A program made the position numbers and the translations under genes. A model generated the notes under the pieces. The model was given only the letters and a program-made list of their open reading frames with translations, did no database searches and was not told where the DNA came from. Positions 1 to 6,765 of a stretch of DNA of 29,516 bases are shown in pieces; position 1 is the stretch's first letter, and every line of letters starts with the position of its first letter. The stretch comes from Polyangiales bacterium (GTDB lineage: Bacteria > Myxococcota_A > Polyangia > Polyangiales > Houyiibacteriaceae), in NCBI GenBank assembly GCA_045106895.1, contig JBGCFM010000169.1:1-29516 (forward strand), in the 5' to 3' direction.

Positions 1-82
1 GAAGTGGATGGCCGTCCGGAACAACATCCTCCGGGTTGATCAAACACATCATTGAAACTTGGTTGTCGACGCGTCCACGCAT
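1..82 (-). CDS. IS5-family (DUF772-type N-terminus) transposase, 5' part only, runs off the window
   Basis: Not in the ORF track. ATG at 82 gives MRGRVDNQVSMMCLINPEDVVPDGHPL..., matching the MRG...(V)PxxHPL(R) N-terminus typical of IS5/IS1182-like transposases. Confidence 0.8.
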   Translation of the reverse strand, partial: MRGRVDNQVSMMCLINPEDVVPDGHPL

Positions 83-137
83 GACTACGTGAGATCATAT
101 TCGGAGGACTCAGTCGAGCCTCTTTTTCACAGGCCTG
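1..137 (-). mobile_element. Left end of an IS5-like insertion sequence; candidate terminal inverted repeat about 122-137, flanking CTAG target 138-141
   Basis: The minus strand reads CTAG|CAGGCCTGTGAAAAAG...ATG(transposase). This resembles CAGGC..TGAAAAA-type IS ends, and CTAG fits the YTAR target of IS5-group elements. The other end is outside the window. Confidence 0.7.
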
Positions 138-2366
138 CTAGATCAACAGACCACAATCGATGCCCGTGATGTCGCCTTCGTTATCCTCTTCATCACACTC
201 AGCCACCGTCGACACGCCGGCGTCTTCGTCGACCACCACGTAGAAGTCGAATGGCGCTTCCTCGCTTGGCATGAGGTCCAAGACCACTTCGGTGGTGCCT
301 CCGGGAAGGAGCGCTTCGGTGGTCAACGCCGTTCCGAGGAGGTTCTCCCGTGCCGCGTCTCCATAGAACGACACGACTACCCCCGCCGGGACACCAAGGT
401 TGCCTTCGTTGGCCACGAGAACGCGCACGCCGAGCGTCGGACACGATCCAAGTCCGACCGAGATGCCGGCGACATAAAGGTCTGGCGCATTGAACACACC
501 TGCGCCCTGTACGTTCTGGCGGTAGTTGTTCAGGTCACCTCGAGTCCAGTTGTCGACCTCCGGCGAGGGAACCGCTCCCGCGCTCGACACATTCGTGACG
601 TGATACGTGTGCTGATTCCAGATGGCGCGTGTTCGCACCCAGCGGTCGTTCGCGTCGCCGTAGACGAAAAGCCCTGCGCGTGACGCCGCGTCCCATCCAT
701 CGTTGGCTTCGCACCCTCGAAACGCCGTCGTGTCACGCACGCCATTCGCCACAAAGAGAATCTCCGTATTCCCGTCTCCGTCCACGTCCGCCGTCACCGG
801 GTACTCGTGCTGAGTCCCGCTGGGGTTTGGCAAGGCAAAGAGCTCTTCTCCATCCGTACCGCGGTACGCGCGTACGTAGCACTCGTCGCCGTAGACGACC
901 TCGGCCGATCCATCACCTTCGAAGTCGAAGACAGCTGACCCCGTCGCGTTCGAGCTCGCGTCTTGCGTCGGGCGCGTCCACAGAACAGGCGTCTCCCCTG
1001 TGGGGTCGAAGACCACATAGTTCGTCGCGCCGGCGACGCCGATTTCCGGCCGTCCATCGCCATCAAAGTCCGCCACCGTGGGCGGCCCACCACGTCCGCC
1101 ACCCATGATGGCCTCGGGGCCCCACTGGATTTCGCCGCTGCGCCCGTCGATGAGCATGACCTGGCCTTCGGTGACGAGGACAACCTCCGGCCATGCGTCG
1201 TCGTCGAAGTCTCCAAGAGCCGGGTATCCATCCGTCGTCGCCGCGAGCCAAAGCTCCGTGCCATCGTTCTCGTAAGCGCGGCGCCCCGTGACGAGCTCCG
1301 GCGTGCCATCCATGTCGACGTCCGCGATCATGGGGAGTCCGCCGTAGTAGCCGTTGTTGTCGCCCTCGAGGGCCGCTGCGTCACGGGTCCAGAGGAGAGC
1401 GCCGTCGCCACCGAGCACAACAGCGCCGAGAGCGATCTCCGGCGTGCCGCCGGGCACAAGATCGCCAATGGCCACCGCGGCGTTGGCGTACGCTCGAAAG
1501 TCCGCGCCGACGGTGAAGGGCATGCCCCCGTCCGTCGAGGTCCACTCCAACGTGCCATCACCGGCCAGCGCGGCGAGGCGCCCGTCATGGAGGACGACGA
1601 CGATTTCCGCGTCACCGTCGTCGTCGATATCCGCCACGGCGCTGGTGGGACACGCCGAGAACTGGCTGCCATCGATGTCGCGCACGCTCACCTGAACCTC
1701 GCCAGTGCGGCCGTCGTGAACTCGCAGAACGCCGCGGCACTCGTCGCTCCCGCCAAAGTAAGCGACGACCACCTCAGGCAGGTCGTCACCATCGAGATCC
1801 GCGACGATGGGCATCACCGTGGACCGGTAGTACTCAGGAAACTCCACGAACTCCGAAGCGCTCCACTCTTCCGTCGGCTCGAACGCCTCAAAAACGGGGT
1901 CGTAGGAGCACGTCACGGGATCGAACTGAGCGAGACAGCGGTCGAGGGTCGGTTCACAGAACTGCCCCTCGTCGCAATCGTAAGAATCGGTGCACGCGTC
2001 GCCGAGGTCCTGGCATGTGCCAGTAACGCAGACCTGCTCATCGGCGCAGCAGCCTCCGCCGCAGCGCACCCCGCTTTCGCACGCGGCGACGCACGCGCCG
2101 CCGAGGCATTCGTCGCCCAAGGCGCAACAGACCGGCGGGGAGCCACAGAAAAGCGCGCTCTCGCACGTCATGGGCGCATCCGCTCCGGCATCGACGGCAG
2201 GCGCATCGGTGTTTCCATCCGGTCGTGGCCCAGCATCGCTATTCGCAATGCACCCGCCATTCACACACACACCGTTTTCGCAGTCGGTGTCGACGCGGCA
2301 CGAGTCACTCGTGTCGTCGTCACCACAAGCCAGGAGAAGGAGCGAGCAGCAGAGAAGATAGCGCAT
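138..2366 (-). CDS. Secreted lipoprotein: Cys-rich N-region, FG-GAP/VCBS-type Ca-binding beta-propeller, C-terminal CARDB/Ig-like domain
   Basis: Start moved to ATG 2366 (MRYLLCCSLLLLA-CGDDD lipobox). About 8 DxDxDG-like blade motifs (ADLDGDDLPEVV, ADIDDDGDAEIV, ADVDMDGTPELV, GDFDDDAWPEVV, ADFDGDGRPEIG, FDFEGDGSAEVV, ADVDGDGNTEIL and one degenerate). WNQHTYHVTNV motif; PDL...VANEG...ECDEEDN CARDB-like end. Confidence 0.85.
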   Translation of the reverse strand: MRYLLCCSLLLLACGDDDTSDSCRVDTDCENGVCVNGGCIANSDAGPRPDGNTDAPAVDAGADAPMTCESALFCGSPPVCCALGDECLGGACVAACESGVRCGGGCCADEQVCVTGTCQDLGDACTDSYDCDEGQFCEPTLDRCLAQFDPVTCSYDPVFEAFEPTEEWSASEFVEFPEYYRSTVMPIVADLDGDDLPEVVVAYFGGSDECRGVLRVHDGRTGEVQVSVRDIDGSQFSACPTSAVADIDDDGDAEIVVVLHDGRLAALAGDGTLEWTSTDGGMPFTVGADFRAYANAAVAIGDLVPGGTPEIALGAVVLGGDGALLWTRDAAALEGDNNGYYGGLPMIADVDMDGTPELVTGRRAYENDGTELWLAATTDGYPALGDFDDDAWPEVVLVTEGQVMLIDGRSGEIQWGPEAIMGGGRGGPPTVADFDGDGRPEIGVAGATNYVVFDPTGETPVLWTRPTQDASSNATGSAVFDFEGDGSAEVVYGDECYVRAYRGTDGEELFALPNPSGTQHEYPVTADVDGDGNTEILFVANGVRDTTAFRGCEANDGWDAASRAGLFVYGDANDRWVRTRAIWNQHTYHVTNVSSAGAVPSPEVDNWTRGDLNNYRQNVQGAGVFNAPDLYVAGISVGLGSCPTLGVRVLVANEGNLGVPAGVVVSFYGDAARENLLGTALTTEALLPGGTTEVVLDLMPSEEAPFDFYVVVDEDAGVSTVAECDEEDNEGDITGIDCGLLI

Positions 2367-2567
2367 GCCGCCAGTATCGCTCCATACGTTCACATCGCAC
2401 AAGTGCGGCATCACAACGAAGCAAGCGCGAGTGCCGAAGGCAGAGCAACCTGGACCCCCTCGAACCTTGTGGGATTCTTCGTCGAGCGCGTCGTGATCGA
2501 GGCGCCCAAGGCGACGGCCGAGCCGCAGGGCAACACAGAGTTAGAAGTGCTGGGCGGAGAATCAGAG

Positions 2568-4112
2568 TCAGATGAGTTCGAGGAGACAGGTAGAGCTGCA
2601 CCCGTCGTCGTTCTCACGGTTGCCGTCGTCGCACTCTTCGAGGACGTCAACCACACCATCACCGCAACGCTGCTCGCAGGCGACGTGGACGCTGAGGGTT
2701 CCCTCCTCGTCCTCCTCCGCCATCGCGCAGAGTGCCGGGCAAAGGTTGATCTGCGCCCCATCCAAGTAGAAGCCGTTGGCGACGCAATCCGCCTCGCTGG
2801 CGACGCGCGTGAGGGAACCTGGGTCACCACCGCCGGGCTCGTAGATCACGACCACTCGTTCGAAGTCAGGGGTCTCGCCGCCGGGTGGACGTTCTGGCTC
2901 GAAGGAGCATCCGAGAGAGACGCCTCGGACCACATCCTCGGCGATCTGTTCGAAGATGACGTCGAAGCTGTCGTTGTTGCAGAGGGGGAATCGCAGGCCG
3001 CCGGTGAGGATGCTGAGCTCCTGGTAGTTCGGCGCGGCGGAGACGCTGCCTGGCCTGCATCGGTCGTCCTGAACGGGATCCGTGGGCAACCAAGCCGCCG
3101 TGGCTGGATCGTTCTCCACCATACCGATGATGCTGTGAAAGACGTAGTTACGCTCTTCCGCGGTGCCGAAGTCAGACTCGCGGGTCTCGGAAGGCAACGC
3201 AAAGAGCTCGCGTTCAAAGTCCTCGAAGTCCATGGCGGACCGGTCATCGGTGATCTCCAGAAACGCGCGCTGCGCTCCAGGCCTGAGCCACTGACTCCAG
3301 CCATTGGGCGCCTGGCCGCGGTCATCCTCGGCTCCATAAGTGTCGAGGATCTTCCGGAGAGAGTTCGTGCTTGAGACGCGCTCATCGTAGTGGAAAAAAC
3401 GTTCGCCAGGCGTAGGGTCGCCTCTGCGTGGGCTGGAGCAGTCAGGGATACCGCTGAGGTCCGCACTGATGCACACGCCGTCCTCCGCGTCGCCGCCTTC
3501 GTCTCGGTACTCCGCCAACATGATCACGCGGTAGTCCACGCCCGCCGCGTCGAGGATCATCGCGAGGTTGTCGTTGATGTTGCGCTCCACGGCTTCGATC
3601 TCGCCGTTCATGCTGCCGGATGAGTCGATGACGATGATGATGTCGACGGGGACGCTGACCAGGCTGGCTTCGGCTGACGTGTCAGCACAGGCGCTGTCCA
3701 TCGTGGTGGGGTCCGTACCAAGGAACACCTCGTCGCCGTCGGGGACACCGTCGCCGTCCGAGTCCCAAACCGTTGGGTCCGTTCCACGCATAACCTCGTC
3801 ACCATCGCTCAGGCCGTCTCCGTCCGTGTCCGGGTTATCGGGGTCGGTCCCGTAGGTGGGCTCGTCGCCGTCGGCGAGTCCGTCCCCGTCGCTGTCTGGG
3901 CCTGCGTCTGTGCCGGCGTCGAAGACGTCAGGGCCCGTGTCTGATCCGCCGGAATCGGGCACCGCGGAGTCGCTCTCGGCGACGCAAACGTCATCGGTAC
4001 AGATCTGACCAATCGGGCATCCGGAGGTACAACCGGTCTCGCCGTCGTCATCGCCACATGCGACTAGGCCGAGAACCAAGGTTGCGAGAACACACGAATA
4101 ACGGAAGGACAT
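2568..4112 (-). CDS. Lipoprotein with bacterial TSP3-like Ca-binding repeats, vWA domain (MIDAS) and C-terminal Myxococcus Cys-rich repeat
   Basis: Lipobox LGLVA-CGDDD; three DxDGDGxxDGDE..GTDP repeats; VDIIIVIDSSGSM (DxSxS MIDAS); later ITDD motif; C-terminal CGDGVVDVLEECDDGNRENDDGCSSTCLLE. Confidence 0.85.
   Translation of the reverse strand: MSFRYSCVLATLVLGLVACGDDDGETGCTSGCPIGQICTDDVCVAESDSAVPDSGGSDTGPDVFDAGTDAGPDSDGDGLADGDEPTYGTDPDNPDTDGDGLSDGDEVMRGTDPTVWDSDGDGVPDGDEVFLGTDPTTMDSACADTSAEASLVSVPVDIIIVIDSSGSMNGEIEAVERNINDNLAMILDAAGVDYRVIMLAEYRDEGGDAEDGVCISADLSGIPDCSSPRRGDPTPGERFFHYDERVSSTNSLRKILDTYGAEDDRGQAPNGWSQWLRPGAQRAFLEITDDRSAMDFEDFERELFALPSETRESDFGTAEERNYVFHSIIGMVENDPATAAWLPTDPVQDDRCRPGSVSAAPNYQELSILTGGLRFPLCNNDSFDVIFEQIAEDVVRGVSLGCSFEPERPPGGETPDFERVVVIYEPGGGDPGSLTRVASEADCVANGFYLDGAQINLCPALCAMAEEDEEGTLSVHVACEQRCGDGVVDVLEECDDGNRENDDGCSSTCLLELI
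3693..3896 (-). repeat. Three 22-aa TSP3-like coding repeats
   Basis: DSDGDGLADGDEPTYGTDPDNP / DTDGDGLSDGDEVMRGTDPTVW / DSDGDGVPDGDEVFLGTDPTTM. Confidence 0.85.
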
Positions 4113-4118
4113 GCGCCC

Positions 4119-4127
4119 AGGATAGCA
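4119..4127 (-). promoter_or_regulatory. Candidate extended -10 (TGcTATCCT) 6 nt before the vWA gene ATG
   Basis: Minus strand tgcTATCCTgggcgcATG; no Shine-Dalgarno sequence. Confidence 0.45.
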
Positions 4128-4150
4128 CGAACGCTCTTGTCCGATCGTTC

Positions 4151-4206
4151 ACATCGGACATCAGACATCAGACATCGGACATCAGACATCAGACATCGGA
4201 CATCGG
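4151..4206. repeat. Tandem heptamer repeat (ACATCRG)x8
   Basis: acatcgg-acatcag-acatcag-acatcgg-acatcag-acatcag-acatcgg-acatcgg, read directly; G,A,A higher-order 21-bp period. Confidence 0.97.
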
Positions 4207-4208
4207 GA

Positions 4209-5477
4209 CTAGCTACGCAAGACGAGCTTCGCCACCAACTCGACGTGAGAAGTCTGCGGCAAGGTGTCGAAGGCGCGGAGGCTCTCGACTTCGTACGCCT
4301 CGCTGAGGCCTTCGAGATCGGATGCGAGTCCGGCGGGCCCACACTCCATCAGGTGGATGCGACTTGGCCGGAGACGAAGCAGCTCCGCGACGACACTCTT
4401 GCCGAGGCCTTTGCGCGGCGGGTTCGCGACCACGGCGTTTGGAGCCACGGTCTGTCGGGCCAAGAACGCTTCAGCGCTCTCTGCGGGGACTCCAAGAGCA
4501 GCAGCGCTCTCCTCATGCGTCTCGCACGCGAGGACTTCGCCAAAGAGAGGCCTCAAGCGTCGAGTCATCGCTCCGGAGCCAGCATAGAGGTCAAAGGCGC
4601 GAGCGCCCTTGAGGCCTTCGCCCAGCCACTCGTACATACGCTCGGCGACGGCTGGGTTGGGCTGAAGAAACCCGAGAGGCCCGATACTCACGCCGCTCAC
4701 CTCGATGGCTTCAACGCCGCGCACGGGCTTCGCGACCGCGCCTCGAAGCAAGTTGTCGTCTCCAGGATGAACGCTCCAGGCGACGCCGTCGCTCTGGGTG
4801 AGGCGGCCCGAGAGTCGCTGAACCGGCACCGGGTCATCGTCCGCCGTCACAATCGTGCTGAGCACACGTTCGCCATCGGTACGCAACCAGACGGCGCGCA
4901 GTGAACCTTGCTTGGTTCGCTCGTCGTATGCGGCGATGCGCAAGTCGCGCGCAGCTTCTGCGATCTCGTCCGCCGCAGCGGCGAGGCGCGGGTGGTCGAC
5001 GAGGCACCCCTGCATGTCGGCGGGGTTGTGACTGCCTCGCACGAAGCTGCCAAGCTTGAGCCGACCATGACTGCCGAAGGCGATGCGTTTCGCGCTCCAG
5101 CGATACCCGAGGCTCAAGGGCGCGGCTTCCACTTCGTCGACCTCGAGTCCGTGTTCGCTTTTGAGCATGCCACGAATCACTGTTCGCTGGTCGCCCTCGT
5201 TCAGCGCCATCAGAGGACACCCAGTACAACGACCACCACGAGAGACGTGTTTGTCGCAAGGTGGTGAGCGCCGCCCGAGACGACCGCGCTCCACGGCCAC
5301 CGCCGTGGCGAACGTGGCGTGTTTGCCGATGTGATCGATTCGCGCGACGACCTTCTCTTCGGGGAAGGCTCCGGAAACGCGAACGCGACCTGAGCCACCT
5401 TCACCCCAAGGGAGGAGGCGTTCGATCTCAAACGTCTCCTTGTCTCCCTCGCGCACAAGCGGCTGTTTTGTCGTCAT
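4209..5477 (-). CDS. RlmD/RlmC (TrmA family) rRNA m5U methyltransferase
   Basis: Start at ATG 5477 (MTTKQP). TRAM-like N-terminus, Fe-S Cys cluster (C...CTGC...C), FLQPN, SAM motif DLYAGSG, NPPRKG, catalytic ECGP, C-terminal PQTSHVE. Confidence 0.85.
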   Translation of the reverse strand: MTTKQPLVREGDKETFEIERLLPWGEGGSGRVRVSGAFPEEKVVARIDHIGKHATFATAVAVERGRLGRRSPPCDKHVSRGGRCTGCPLMALNEGDQRTVIRGMLKSEHGLEVDEVEAAPLSLGYRWSAKRIAFGSHGRLKLGSFVRGSHNPADMQGCLVDHPRLAAAADEIAEAARDLRIAAYDERTKQGSLRAVWLRTDGERVLSTIVTADDDPVPVQRLSGRLTQSDGVAWSVHPGDDNLLRGAVAKPVRGVEAIEVSGVSIGPLGFLQPNPAVAERMYEWLGEGLKGARAFDLYAGSGAMTRRLRPLFGEVLACETHEESAAALGVPAESAEAFLARQTVAPNAVVANPPRKGLGKSVVAELLRLRPSRIHLMECGPAGLASDLEGLSEAYEVESLRAFDTLPQTSHVELVAKLVLRS

Positions 5478-5664
5478 AGCGCGTACGTTTGCGCGAAAGA
5501 GGAACAATGAGCAAGCCGGTGGGAAGAAGCGGCGCGCGTCGCCGTACAAGAAATCGATCGAAGATTGAATGTTTGCGCGAAAACCGAACCCAATAGGTGT
5601 CCCTTTCGCGAGGCGAAAACCATCGCTTCAACTCCGACTTCGGTCTGTCTACACCGCCCTACAG

Positions 5665-6711
5665 ATGCCCCCTGACAACTCACTTCCGCACATCGGCTCC
5701 ACGTTCGGTGGCAAGTACAAAGTCGTTCGTCTGCTTGGTGAAGGCGGGATGGGCGCGGTCTTCGAAGTCGAGCATGTGTTCACCAAGAAGCGCTTCGCGC
5801 TCAAGTGGATGCCGCCAGCGCTGGCGAAGAATGAGGAGGCCATCGAGCGATTCGCGCAGGAAGCACGCCTGAGCTGCGCTATCGATCACCCGAACATCGT
5901 CGACGTCTTTGATGTCTGCTTTGAAGAGGGCGCGATGTTCTTGGTGATGGAGCTCCTTCGCGGCGAGTCCCTGGGCGAACGTATCGAGCGCGGTCCGCTG
6001 GACCCCATCGAATGTGTCTCACTGCTTCTGCCGGTGTTGCATGGCTTAGACGAGACCCACGCCATCGGAATCATCCATCGCGACTTAAAACCGGACAATG
6101 TGTTTCTCACTCAGGCGCGGCCGCAGCTGCCCGTCGCCGCCAAGCTCCTCGACTTTGGCATCTCCAAGATACTCCAGGGCACGGACGCGATGCGGCTCAC
6201 GGCCTCCGGCATGATGATGGGTACAGCGCACTATATGGCGCCGGAGCAAGCGAGAGACGCAGCTTCCGCCGGCGTTCAAGCGGACGTGTACTCCTTTGGC
6301 GTCATGCTCTACGAGGCCTTGTCTGGGAGGCTCCCCTTCGACACGGACAACTTCGGCAAGCTCGTCTCTCAAATCGTCCTGGACGCTCCCCCGGACATTC
6401 GCGCCCACGCCCCGCACTTGCCCCCGGCCCTCTGCGACGTCGTCATGCGCGCCCTCGCCAAAGACCCGAAGAAGCGCCCGCCAGGCGCCAGGGCCCTCGC
6501 CCTCGAGCTCTGCGCGGCGCTGGAGCTTTCGCCCACGTTGTTTGCGCCCTCCGGCGCAAGCTGGACGCCTAGCGCTCCACCAGAAGCCCCCCAGGCAAAA
6601 CTCGTACATCCGCAAACGACTGTGAGCCCACGTTGGCGCACGCCTCTCCTCGCGGGACTGATCTTGGCCGTCGCCACCGCCATCGCGGTCTCCATCAACA
6701 TCTTCCCCTAG
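5665..6711 (+). CDS. Ser/Thr protein kinase with a C-terminal transmembrane helix
   Basis: LGEGGMGAVF, ALK, HRDLKPDN, DFG and APE motifs; hydrophobic C-terminal LLAGLILAVATAIAVSINIF. ATG 5665 preferred over 5569. Confidence 0.92.
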   Translation: MPPDNSLPHIGSTFGGKYKVVRLLGEGGMGAVFEVEHVFTKKRFALKWMPPALAKNEEAIERFAQEARLSCAIDHPNIVDVFDVCFEEGAMFLVMELLRGESLGERIERGPLDPIECVSLLLPVLHGLDETHAIGIIHRDLKPDNVFLTQARPQLPVAAKLLDFGISKILQGTDAMRLTASGMMMGTAHYMAPEQARDAASAGVQADVYSFGVMLYEALSGRLPFDTDNFGKLVSQIVLDAPPDIRAHAPHLPPALCDVVMRALAKDPKKRPPGARALALELCAALELSPTLFAPSGASWTPSAPPEAPQAKLVHPQTTVSPRWRTPLLAGLILAVATAIAVSINIFP

Positions 6712-6765
6712 CGCGCGAGCGTCGGCTGCTGTTGCGCCACCCTCCGCTTGTAGGCAAGGTGCGGC

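Noticed and set aside
2367..2570. Possible read-through fusion of the vWA and FG-GAP genes, which share a frame
   Set aside because: Three in-frame stops (2568, 2562, 2541), and the second gene has its own signal peptide.
963..3374. 803-aa + strand ORF
   Set aside because: Codon-aligned antisense shadow of the two real minus-strand genes, as expected in high-GC DNA; no recognisable motifs.
4151..4206. CRISPR array or four-helix-bundle-associated heptamer locus
   Set aside because: Contiguous 7-mers with no spacers, no cas genes, and no four-helix-bundle ORF adjacent.
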